This document shows, in pieces, positions 51,501 to 64,000 of a DNA stretch of 64,000 nt (within the stretch, counting starts at the first letter, position 1; each line of letters starts with the position of its first letter). The notes under the pieces were generated by a model. The model saw only the letters and a program-made list of their open reading frames with translations, searched no databases and was not told the origin of the DNA. The DNA comes from Chrysomallon squamiferum (Eukaryota; Animalia; Mollusca), in assembly GCA_012295275.1 (NCBI GenBank), contig CM022676.1, positions 18,352,001 through 18,416,000 of the forward strand. Direction: 5' to 3'. The translations under genes were made by a program, and so were the position numbers.

Positions 51501-52662
51501 GATACAAATGTATACAATGCATGTTTTTAAGTCCGTTTTCTTTAATTTTTCGTTCATTCACAAGCTTCTGTCAGCTGTGTTGATCAGTTGACACGTCATA
51601 TGTGCATCTGATATTCTGATTCTCTTTTGTCTTCTGCTTCGATTTAGACTTAAACTCGTTTGTAATTTACCCTTCCAATATGTCAAAACGAATAACACAA
51701 TACCGGAAAATGCTGATGATAAAAAGAAACGAAAGACAATAACTTTAGAAACAAAATACATTATCTTAAATGAAACCAAACCCACAATGAGCGGCATATA
51801 ATTATTTCTTAATGTATTTGTATAAATTGATTTGTAAATGATTTACTGTTTACTTAATATCTACAATCTATTAAATGATTTATGTCTAAACTGCCGTTTT
51901 AGTTCTCCATTTTTCACCTTTTTTTTATGTCAGATCTCATCAGCGAGAAAATAACCACTGCTTTTAACCTTAATTCTGTGTAAATTAGTCTCCCGCTTAA
52001 CGATACCTCACTTCACTATCGGAAATTTGGAACCAATTACATCTTTAATCTGAGGTATTATTGTAGTATGGATATCGCTTATCGCATGAAGTATGCAAAT
52101 ATGACAAGTATCGAAATAATCTATGTATTGAATATAGTGAATGTAAATAATTAAAAAGGAAGGTATTTATCTAAAAGTATTCCCAATGATTTGGTCCTTC
52201 GTATAAACTTTTTCAGTCATAGCCAAAGTATTTGCAGGTTGTAATATCTTTAGTGTACATACTATTAATATACTATGTCATATATATTGTATAATATGTG
52301 CACAATCTGGATATGTATGTGTGCATAATGTAAATATGATCAGTAACAGATATCTTGTACATGTTTAAGCTGAATATGGTTGAATTCGAAAAGTTAATGA
52401 TAAATGTAACGTTCAAATATTCTATTTACTGAATATAAGTAAATTACTCGTATGTAAAATATGTTTTGTTAAAAATTATATTGCTGAATTAGTTATTTAT
52501 AATGTTTTTGTTGTATTCTCTTACAGAAGCAAGCCATTTTTCTTTTCTTTCATTCTTTTTTCGTTTTGTTTTTTAATAGATAGATGAAATTGATGTAAAA
52601 TTGTTTATTATTGGTTGCTTGTTTTGTAACGGAAAGGAAATGTTTATGAATTAGAAATGACC

Positions 52663-52695
<33 letters not shown>

Positions 52696-52720
52696 TAATA
52701 ATAATAATAATAATAATAAC

Positions 52721-52755
<35 letters not shown>

Positions 52756-54034
52756 CAATAATAATAGTAATAATATTATAATAATAATAATGTTGATAAT
52801 GATGATAATGAGGAAGAGGAAGATGATGATGATAATAATGAAAAAGTAACAAATCTACAACAAATGAGCAGTGAACTCTTATTCTGCTTTCGGTTGATGT
52901 TACATAATCGATTTGGGAACAATGCACTCCGCCTCTGAATGTTAGAAAGAAACCAGGCCAAGTTCATTATATACAGAGGTAATCAGGTATTGCGGTAGAC
53001 CAGCTTTTTCTACGAAATGGGAATTATATGAACTGGGAATTCTACCAAATGGGAAGACACCACACAGCTGTACCTAACATCATGTTAAGCTTTTAGTCTA
53101 CAGTTTAACTAACATAATCATAACGGTTTTAGTCTTCACAATCTACCTAACATCATGGTAAATATTTAGTCTGCACAGTCTGTTAAACAGTTTTTTTGTC
53201 TTCATAATCTACTTAACATCATTATAAATCTACACTGCTCTGCCTAAGATCATGGTAGATATTTAATGTATTCAGCTGTACCAAATATCATGGTAAGTTT
53301 TTAATCTTCACAGCTGTATCTGACATGACAAATTTTAGTCTACACAAGTCTATCTTTTTAGTGTACATTGCTTTACCTCAGTATGTTGTGTATGTGCATG
53401 CAAGCAGTGCCCAACATTTAATGAATATTGTTAATTACTACATCAAAGATACAAATATAAATTAGTAAAATTCATTTTACATGGTTATGTATCTATGTAT
53501 GCATGCACACAAACATGATATTAAAATCATAAATTTATTTTTCATATGTATTATTAAAATTTTTAATTTTGGTTTTTTTCTAATGTAATAATTAGAATTG
53601 TAAATTCATTTTTTTATTAAACACAATTGTTAGTGCAGAATTGTAGATATGTTATTATATAATTATTAAAATTTGTTTTAAAATTTAAAATACATTTTTT
53701 ATTATGTTCTATACATATAATTAAAATTGTTAATTTGATTTTTTTTTTCTAATTATTAATATGTAACTTCTGTTTCTATTAATGTAATTATGAAAACTGG
53801 TAAAAACATGTAACTAAAATTGCAGTATTATAACAGAGTTATTCAAAATAATGTTTGCAGAAAGCTAAGAAAAAACCTCTTGTTAAGAAGAAGGCATCTG
53901 ATTATGGTGTTGATTTGTCACCACGGCAACAAGTGCTGAAGGTGGATGACCCACCAGTGAGGGAAGCAGGGCAGAAACTGGAGTCTGTGGCAGATCTTGT
54001 AGCCAAGCTGAAAGAAGCAGGCCTAGTCGGGTGA
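48549..54034 (+). CDS. ETFB: Electron transfer flavoprotein subunit beta, 6 exons, 257 aa
   Basis: Exons 48549-48608, 48820-48978, 49466-49624, 49950-50012, 50632-50790, 53861-54034. [73 protein letters not shown]. Intron 3 is GC-AG. Confidence 0.97.
50780..51259. repeat. 38-bp minisatellite seeded at the ETFB exon-5 donor (continues 53062-~53380)
   Basis: Unit AACATCATGTTAAGTTTTTAGTCTACACAGCTGTACCT; the first copy is the exon end and donor AACATCATG|GTAAGT. Confidence 0.9.
51260..53061. mobile_element. Non-autonomous DNA transposon, GG...CC ends, 8-bp TSD ACACAGCT
   Basis: Inverted ends TCCCATTTGGTAGAATTCCCA / TGGGAATTCTACCAAATGGGA; ACACAGCT at 51252-51259 and 53062-53069; superfamily unresolved. 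Confidence 0.85.
51400..52063 (+). mobile_element. Tigger/pogo-like deletion derivative nested in the previous element
   Basis: TA-CAGTAACATCTCGCTTAA ... TTAATCTGAGGTATTATTG-TA imperfect TIRs; remnant [13 protein letters not shown] (from 51721) resembles the N-terminal HTH of pogo/CENP-B transposases. Confidence 0.7.
53062..53380. repeat. Distal, more degenerate part of the 38-bp ETFB intron minisatellite
   Basis: Resumes in register after the TSD. Confidence 0.8.
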
Positions 54035-57000
54035 TCATGTGACCAGTTCTAGTGATGGTGAGAAAAATAACATTCTGAAATCGGTCAGTGAAAGAAAGAA
54101 TGGGCTAATCAGATTCTTTATCCTTCCAAATTACTGTTATCACTTTTTTTTTATGTTATCTGGATGATGTAACAGAATATGACAATAAGCAAAATAATAC
54201 TGGTACAACTGATTTGAAAGCTGCCATTGTACCCACTTCATAAATTGGTTTGTGATGTCATTGGTAGATTGGCTACTGAATTTTCATACACTTGAAAAAA
54301 TGAGTCTACTTTTCTGTGTAATGACATCACAACTAAAATGAAAAATGGCCGACATACAGATAAGTCTTTAACTGGATTTTTTTGTCATTAAACTTAAAGA
54401 CTGGACAGCTGAAAACAAATACAGCAAGTTGGAAGAATATATTTAGACAGTTTTTATTCATATCTCTAAAGTACACTTTGAAAAGAAGGTAACTGTTATA
54501 TTTAAATGTTAATATTAAAATGGTGTTCACTTTTTCTCCTGTCAAATTGGAATTGTCAGGCAGTATGTAATTGTTGTTGTTTTTAATAATGCAATCTCAT
54601 TTTTATTTTTCTTCTTTTTTAATTTTTACTAAAAGAAAACTTTTCTGGTTTAGTATCTCCTTTGAATCTTTTTCTACATTTCATTTTCTTTCATGCTTTG
54701 CTGTTTGTTTTGTGGTATATTTTACAAATTATTTTTTATTAACAACAATAATATTATTACAGTACTATATTTCATTTCTGAAAAACCCCACAAAAAAAAA
54801 AACAAATAAACATGATTGTTTTTAGTATTAATATTGCTATTTATTATATTTTTATTATTGTTAATATTATTTATGATTTCATTGTTGTTATCAATATAGT
54901 TGTTGCTGTTACAGTTAGTATCTTTATTATTCTTATTATTATTATTTTCAGTGTGTTCGTGAATTGTTTTGAATGATGAGAACCTTGAAGACAGAAGAAA
55001 TTTTATTACCACAATTACTTGTGTTTCTATAAGAGAATTATATTTACATTATGTACTATATATATATATCACATACAAGTGTGTCAGTAAATAGTTTTCA
55101 TTTACTGAAAATACCAGTTTGTAATCAACTTACAAATAAACATGCATTTACATAAACATTTACAATTGTTGTTTTATTTACAAAAACATTAATATGAATT
55201 TTTTAAGAAATATTCAGAAATTATTTAGTTTTTTTATTAGCTTAGGTTTTCTAAAACAGAATTAGCTATGGATGAATATAAGTAAATAAATGTTTATTTA
55301 TTTACTTACCTACCTGCCTACTTCAATTTTAGCATTGCCTCATTCAGATTTTAAACTTGAGACAATTGTAATTATTTTACGAATAATAACAGGGTTTTGA
55401 ATTTTCACATGGAAATATACTAAAAATGTTTATTTTTTATTGTATTATTATTATTAGTAGTAGTATTATTAGTATTACTATTATTATTCTACTACTACTA
55501 CTATTATTATTATTATTATTATTATTATTTCTTATTGATTCTTATTATTTCATATTATGTCCATGTGTAGGTTTCTTTTATTTTATAGGTGTGTGTTAGT
55601 GTGCACATACCGACCTGCACACACACACACACACACATTTTTTATTGTGAAACTTCTCTTAAGGGCCCTGGGACAAAGAATAAAGAAAAAAATTAATAAT
55701 TCCAGTTTCTTTAGATGTTCCTTTTATTAGGTAAAAAGTTTGATGAATTATTATATCTAGGAAATTTGTTTCGTAACATAAAAGTACTGGTAGACCATAA
55801 TGGTGTACTTATAATATGGAATACGAATATCAGGAATGTATACAGTACATACTTCTACAACAGTTTTCAATACGGTTCTGTGCATTGTTAATAATATATC
55901 TGTTTCCTATGTAGCTTGTTCGTAACTCGAGTAATACACGCAGAAATAATAATAAATATTTCTTACCCGCATTATTTAACTTTTCAATTATTGTACGACT
56001 ATTCATTATATTCATTTGATGACCACGAATCAAGTCTACTACTAATTACTTTTATAATTAAACTCGTTTTAATTACCCGATATATTGCATGTATTGTTGC
56101 TAAGCTAAAAAGACATTTATTTTGATGTCAACCTTGTATAAAACGACGCAGTTCAGGTGTTGTTTGCCGTGCTGTCATAAATTGAACGTCACGCAATGTT
56201 CTAATTACACGTCTCTGTGTTTAGAGTTAACTCCCCTAACATTAATTCATTATTTATTATTTTGTTTATCGATGAAAGCTTAGCTGTAAACGAGGAACAG
56301 GGAAAATCTAACCCGTTTATAAGGGGAGGGCTGAACTGGGCATATTTATTACAGAAAATGTATTGTTACATTTTATCATACTGAAGTAGTAAACTGTTAT
56401 TTTACAACTGACAGAAAGACGGATAAGAGAAAGATGGGGTGGGTTAGTATCTGCTTCGACTCATGGAACAACAACAACAGCAATAATATAATAATAAGAA
56501 GAAGAAGAAGAATAATAATAAAACTTCATCTTATTAAAATAAAACCAAATAAAATAAAGTAAAACTAATGAACGGTACTATAATAAAATAATAAAATAAA
56601 ATAAAATAAAATAAACAGAATTAACAGTCTAGAAGTAAGTCTAGGCATTAAGGTAGCGACATCATCCGTCACTGACAATTCAAACAAAAATGCTACAATG
56701 CAGACCGAACGCGCAGAAAAAAAAAAAAAAAAAAAAATCAAATAAGATTAAGAAAAATAAAAAAACATAAAATAAAATAACACCGAGATTCTCAGGTAGG
56801 TGTGATTTTTTTTCTTCAAATTTGCTAACGTATTTTTATTTACATTTAAGTCTATTTTTTCATAAACCTTTCGTATTTACTTACTTACTTACATTTTTTT
56901 TTTTATTACATATGTATTCATTTATTGTTTTATTTTTTCAATTAAAAAAAGTAATTTATTTTTTGTCGTCGTTGTTGATGATCGCATGCTCGTTTTGCCT

Positions 57001-57342
57001 GAGTGCATCTACAGGTGTATGAGACTGTGTATCTGAGTTTATGGATGTCGTGTTTGTCTCTGCAAGCGTTCGTGTATGTACCATTCACAGGTTTGTCTAT
57101 TTGTGTGTATTATAATCTATTTAGCTAATATTTTTTTTCCCCCCATGCATTATTAAAGGTTTGTGTGTGTTTAATTCTTAATGTATCGAAAAATAAAATT
57201 AGACAAATAGATTATAGGGGTTAGATAGACAGATATAGACAGACCGATATATATATATATATATATATGACAGTTCTGCCCTCCCCTTATGGAAAGAAAT
57301 GTTTGAAATATTAGCCAGATAGATAGTTAGATAGATAGAGAT

Positions 57343-57389
<47 letters not shown>

Positions 57390-57579
57390 GATAGGAATTT
57401 AAATAGACAGATATAAAGGTAGACAGAATAATGTGTGGATGGACGGTTGGATGTGTATATAAGTGTTATTAAAGTAAACCGAGAAAAACAGTGTTTTTAA
57501 TAATTACACTGCACGTTATCTTTCTCAGTTTCTTGACTCCACGCGTGGAAAACAAACTACACTGCACAGAAGTCTGCTG

Positions 57580-58134
57580 ATGACGTCACTGGGCGGTGCT
57601 CTTGATTTGACGAAAGCTTTAGTTTTTATAGGTATTTCTTTTGTTACTGTATTTAGGTTAGAGATGTTTTAGAACAGCATCAACATTACTTAGTACTACC
57701 ATTGATACTACACTACTACTGTCATTACGAACACTTCTACAACAAAATTACTACCATTACTACTATTACTACTACTACTACTACTGCTGTTGCTACTGCT
57801 GCACTGTTAGTAGTATTAGTACTACCGTAATATAACTTGTACTAGCACTAATACACTACTACTACAGCTGAACAGATAATGTTTTTGTTTTATGGTTGCT
57901 TCTGTTTGATCTTTCTGCTTCTTTTTCTTCTTCCGCCACTTACTACTACTACCACAATTGCAGCTACAACTACTACTACTGCTACTTTATTACTACTGCT
58001 AATATTACTACTATTACTACAAGTACTACTGCTACTATTATTACCACTAACCACTATTACTATTACTACTACTAGTACTACTACTGTTACTACTACTAGT
58101 ATTAGTACTCCCTTATTATTATTATTATTATTAT

Positions 58135-58174
<40 letters not shown>

Positions 58175-58628
58175 TGTTGTAGTAGTACTATCGTTCATGT
58201 TTTCAGTGATAAAAATAAATAGTAATAATAATTGTTACTGATTATTTCTGCTTCAGTTTTGCTGGCACTATCTGCTGATAAATGTCATTCAAGTAAGTAA
58301 ATTTAAAAAAAAAAAAAATCTGTTATATATATATTTTTATATAATTTTATTTACACCTGACAAATTAAAAGCGAGTTTCTAAGGCCTGATTTGTTTCTAC
58401 ATGTAGGATTCAGCAGCAGCCACAGTTAAATATTTTAGATATAACAGATCAGTGTTACAGTTGTTTTGATACTTAATTTACAAGAGATGATGATGATAGT
58501 AATAAAGCAGCTGATAACGATTTAGAAGATGATTTATGATGATAATTAAGATGATTTGTATGTACTGCTGATAAAAGTATTAAAGGTTTAGATAATCAGC
58601 TAAAAGTGATGATGATACTGATGGCAGC

Positions 58629-58663
<35 letters not shown>

Positions 58664-59891
58664 TGATGATAACGATGATGATGATGATAATAAGAATAAT
58701 AATGATGATAATAATAATAATGATGATGATGATAATGATGATGTTGATGATGATGATGATGATGATGATGTTTCTGTTTCAGTTTTGTTTGACGATCAGC
58801 CTGCTTGTGAAGATAAATATACGGCATGTCCGTACTTCGCGAAGATTTACCAGTGTTACATTCAGGCCGTCTACATGATGTGTCGTTGCGTCATTTCCTG
58901 TCACACCCCCAACATCTGCAATGGTGTGTGAGCTACTACTACGACAACTCATTTTATTAGAACTACAACCAAACGTCCTACCGCTACAATACAACCATTA
59001 CTACCACCGCTAAAACACCATCATTACCACGTTCATTGTCGAAAGTAGGACAACAACAACAGCAACGACTACTACTACTACTACTACTAATACTACTACT
59101 ACTACTACTATTACTACTACTATAATCATTCTTGTACTATTACTACTTCGACTGTTATTACTATTGTTACCACTACTACTTCTATAACTACTACTATTAC
59201 TCAGTTACTTTTGCTGCTATTACTAGTACTACTACGACAACAACAACTACTACTAATACTATATTTATTCTTGTACTATTATTACTTGGACTATTCTTAC
59301 TATTGTTACCACTACTATTTCTATTACTAATACTCATTTACTTTTGCTGCTATTACTAGTACTACTATAACTACCACCACTACTACTGTTATTACTACTA
59401 CTATTACTACTATTACTACCGCTACTACTACTAATGCTATTACTACTATTCTTCTTCTCTTACTATCACTGTTATCCGTATTACTACTGTTATTATTACT
59501 ATTACTACTATTACCATTACTACTTCATCTACAACTAATACTATTGCACATTATCGTCTACTACTGCTATTACTATGCTTATTGAAAATGTGACGACTAC
59601 AGCAACTAACGTTACAGACAGCTATGACAAAAACCTACAGCTAGAAAATACATTTTCAAAAATTATGCTTTGAATATTAAATTTCATTTTTTTAATTTTA
59701 TTTTATTTTTTTTTATATTTTTTATGAAAAACAGTAACCAGTGGAAACGACACTGTCAGCAACGACAGCAACGACACCGATTGTAAATGTCGCTACTATG
59801 CCCAGCTGGATTTGTGTTCGAGGTATCGAGAGCGTTGTCAGACTACATGCAGCATTCGTGATAGTAAGTTTTGTTTGTTTGTTTGTTTATT

Positions 59892-59960
<69 letters not shown>

Positions 59961-60018
59961 GTTATTATTATCGTTATCGTTATCGTTGTTTTTGTTATTG
60001 CTTTGATATTATTATTAT

Positions 60019-60051
<33 letters not shown>

Positions 60052-61131
60052 CAGTAGTAGTTGTGGTAGTGGTAGTGGTACTGGTAGTGGTAGTAGTAGT
60101 AGTGGTAATTGTGGTATGGTACTGGCACTGGTAGTGATAGTGCTAGTAGTAGTAGTAGTCTTGTTATTATTAAATAACGATATCATTTTTTCGTCTCTTT
60201 TTTCCAGCTGTAATTTGTCCGGAACCGGAACAACATAACTTAACGACGATAGTGCCGAGGAAGACGACGTACAGCTACCTCGACACGTACAAACACGTCT
60301 GCGTTGAAGGATACAAGAACGTAGGCGACGACCCCAACATGGTTTGCGTAGAGAACGGCACGTGGGTAAACCCGCAGAATTTAAAACTGCCTAACTGCCA
60401 GCGTAAGCAATGACGTCATTATCTCCATGACAATCAGTTTCTATTTAATTTATTCATAAAGTTAAGCCATGCAATACTTACCTCCACCGAACTGAGGTGA
60501 TAATTAAATTATTATAGGAATTTTATTATTATTATTATTATCTTTTTATTATTATTGTTATATTTTTTTTTAACTGTTGTTTGTTTTAATAATTACTTGT
60601 TAAAGTCCGGAGTTAACAAACATTCTTGTTAGATTTCATTTATTAAAAAATTATTATTTGTTGTTAGTCGTACGAAAATGAGAACAGATAATGTAAATTA
60701 CGATTTGTAAACAACTTACTGTTTCACTTCACAGATGAAACTTCTTGAAATTCTTCTCTAGCTTTGTGCCTAGTGTATAATATGTAACTTATTATTATTA
60801 TTATTATTATTATTGATTTGAATATGTGAATAACGTTATTGACAGTAAAATACTGCGGCAGTCCGCCCGATCTACCAAACAGTTCGTGGCAAGCAGATCA
60901 TTTCTACTATAAAGGAATAGCCAACTACACTTGTCAGCAGGGTTACGAGATGACGTCATCGTCCATTATGACGTGTGGCGGGGAAGAAAAATGGGTAGGA
61001 CAGGTATCTTGCAAAGGTCAGTTATCTGAAAACGTTTGTAACAGTTATCTGTTAGCAGTCGAATGTTTCTGTAATGTCAAACGGTTGAAACAATTTGATA
61101 ATGATAATTTAATTTAATAATTTAGCAGCTT

Positions 61132-61213
<82 letters not shown>

Positions 61214-61476
61214 ATATTTGTTACAGGCTTTCTACAAATTTACTTTTTTATTACAATTATTTCTTATTTATTTATTTATTTATGTACAGGAATCGACTGT
61301 GGTCCACCGCCTTCTGTAGGTCATTCATCATTTTCAACAGACAGCACGCGCTATCCAGCTGTAGCCACTTACATATGTGAAAGAGGCTACAACCTCACTT
61401 CCGGTCAGAATGTGAAATCCTGCTCGGAAAATGCGACTTGGATTGGAAGTGATGTGGAGTGTACCAGTATGCCATT

Positions 61477-61552
<76 letters not shown>

Positions 61553-61614
61553 TTTATTTTTAAATAATAACATATGTTTATAGAGTCTAAAGCAAATATT
61601 TAAAACCACCACAC

Positions 61615-61674
<60 letters not shown>

Positions 61675-62360
61675 TAATAAAATAAACAACGAAACAAAAT
61701 AAAAGATAACAATAAAAATACATAAAACGAGAGTTTGGTTTTATTATTTTTCTTATCTCTTTCTTTTACAGTTGTATCATGCGGTTCTCCGCCGGTGGTC
61801 AACAATACTCGGGTGGCAGTCGATACGTTAGAATACCAGTCCACTGCTAACTACACATGCGTACACGGATACAACGTCACATCAGGAAGTGACGTGAAGA
61901 CATGCCGGGAAGATGGTCGTTGGGAGGGAGACGACCTAGTTTGTAAAAGTATGCTTTTGTTCTCGCAAACTGAAGTTAACTTAACTATAGTAACGGATAT
62001 ATAAATAAATAAATAAATAAATAAATAAATGATAACATCATGATATCGGCTTGCTCTGATCAGCACGTTAACGTTTTCGTTCACTCTCAACACTTCTGTA
62101 TCGTAATGTCTTATACTAATATAAAAAAAAAAATACAATATTTATGTGTGTGTATATCCATACGTTCTGCGTCAGAGTGAATCTGTATTTAGTAGAATGT
62201 CTGTGCATGCCTATGTCTGTTTGTATGTGTGTGTTTACGAAATATCTGTTTTTCTCTAATTATTTCTGTACTTTGTTTACGCTAACAAATATTATAAATA
62301 TCGTCATCATAATAATAATAATAATAATAATAATAGCAATTGTAATAGTCATACTACTAT

Positions 62361-62398
<38 letters not shown>

Positions 62399-63207
62399 AT
62401 AATAATAATAATAATAACAGCAGCAGCAGCAACAACAATTTGTAAGAATCGCATCTGGTTTTTTTTTTGTTGGTTTTTTAGCAGCAAGGGTAGTAAATGT
62501 ATAATTATTTAAAGATTATTTCCTCTACAACAACGTTTTCAACTGTTTCTAATAATTAATTTGACTGTTTTGTATTTACTGGGTACCAGTTGTCTCCTGT
62601 GGACCACCCCCGCAGATAGAAAACACCACCACACTGTATGAGGAAGTGACGTTTGGGTCTGTCGCTGTTTACATGTGTGTCGAAGGATATAAGCCAATAA
62701 CCGGAAGTGACGTCAGAATCTGCGATGAATCCGGCGCATGGAGCGGAAGTCCTCTTGTATGCTTTTGTAAGAGATTATATCAAAATCTTTATCGTCGTTG
62801 TCGTTATTATGGTAATGTTCACAATAGTGATCACCGAAAATAGCCTTCGTTATCATTACAGTTGTCATTATGTAATTATCATCTCTGTGATCATTATCAT
62901 CCTCATTATCATCGCCGTCCGAGTAATGATACTCAGAACAACAATAATGCACTTTATTTCTCAAAACTGAATGGTACCATTTTCAGTGGTCACGTGCAAC
63001 AACCCTCCTCTCCCTCCGAACTCCTTCATCGTGTCAGCTTATTCGACTGTGTACATGTCACGTGTCAACTATTCCTGTGCGCTTGGCTTCGAAATGGTAA
63101 GCGGAAGTGACGTCAAACTGTGCAGTGCAGACGGACTGTGGGAAGGAGAATCAATCGAATGCAAAGGTAAACAAATGTAAATCAAACCCAGCTAATGTAT
63201 CGATTGA

Positions 63208-63248
<41 letters not shown>

Positions 63249-63291
63249 ATATTACATACTCGTGTGTGTATGTATGTATGTATACACAAAC

Positions 63292-63346
<55 letters not shown>

Positions 63347-63616
63347 TGAACAGAAAAGCCGTCGGTTGCTGAAACTATTGGAATAATCACCAACTTTGAA
63401 CCGGAGGTGCTTGAAGCGCAAGGATCTGTTGGTTTCGGCGTTGCCGCGTTTGCTATCGTCGTCGTCATCGTGGTTGCCATTGTTCTGCTTGACTTGACAA
63501 CCATCTGCCACCACGTGCGCTTTATGAAAGGCAACGTGCGGGATTTTGTTGACAGAGTGAAAACGAGGTTCTTCTGTTCCCCTGCTAACGCCGAACATCC
63601 AGTTAAGGAGTGTTAA
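57580..63616 (+). CDS. Type-I membrane protein: signal peptide, 2 ShK-like Cys modules, 6 CCP/sushi domains, TM, short tail; 11 exons, ~565 aa
   Basis: Exons 57580-57631, 58257-58292, 58783-58923, 59735-59863, 60208-60402, 60846-61016, 61290-61466, 61772-61948, 62590-62766, 62987-63166, 63354-63616, all phase-1 junctions. Each CCP exon has C..PP...Y.C..GY...C...W....C; TM VGFGVAAFAIVVVIVVAIVLL. The first four exons are less certain. Confidence 0.85.
61132..61212. repeat. (GA)n microsatellite
   Basis: Pure GA run. Confidence 0.95.
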
Positions 63617-63865
63617 TAAACAGTGTAATGAAAGTTCCCACAATGCAGTCGTACAGAAATATCCAGAATGCACGGCAATGATTAAACAACACTGGTTTCC
63701 TGGATAATCAATTTACATTGCAGCGTACCATTTATTTTTTAATATAATACACTTATCCATAATGCAGTGTACTTGTTATTTATAGTACATTTACCCGTAA
63801 TGCAATGTTCTAGTTGAACAATATTAATAATGTAATAATTACCCATAACGCAGTTAACTATTGTA

Positions 63866-63982
63866 ATTTACCCATAATTCAATATACTAATAAAATATAT
63901 AATTAATAGTATGAAGAAATTACCCATAATTCAATATACTAATAAAATATATAATTAATAGTATGAAGAAATTACCTATAAT
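63866..63982. repeat. ~53-bp tandem duplication downstream of the CCP gene stop
   Basis: TTACCCATAATTCAATATACTAATAAAATATATAATTAATAGTATGAAGAAA occurs twice in tandem. Confidence 0.8.
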
Positions 63983-64000
63983 GCCATATAGTACTTAAAC

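Noticed and set aside
57879-60238. Poly-I/M/H/Y/V ORFs
   Set aside because: Trinucleotide microsatellites in introns of the CCP gene.

Overview
AT-rich, microsatellite-dense, intron-containing animal DNA, probably a lophotrochozoan such as a mollusc (inferred from composition and gene structure only). Eight protein-coding loci were assembled by hand from splice sites and codon phase: the first coding exon of a claudin/PMP22-superfamily gene (-); selenoprotein S (-) with in-frame UGA-Sec, a stop-proximal stem-loop and a type-II SECIS; a divergently transcribed ~1000-aa IkB-family ankyrin gene (+) with a kB site in its promoter; a ~1870-aa orphan gene (-); CCDC153/DRC12 (-) with an X-box; PTPMT1 (-) head-to-head with ETFB (+, one GC-AG intron); and a type-I membrane protein with two ShK-like and six CCP/sushi modules (+). 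Introns hold MITEs, a three-tier nested insertion, and minisatellites seeded at splice sites. Three single-base frame breaks in two long exons are most likely homopolymer assembly errors. Most short ORFs in the supplied track are microsatellite artefacts. I see no clear-cut new system; the best leads are the SELENOS recoding elements, the SELENOS/IkB shared promoter, the orphan protein, the ShK-CCP receptor and the splice-site-seeded repeats.
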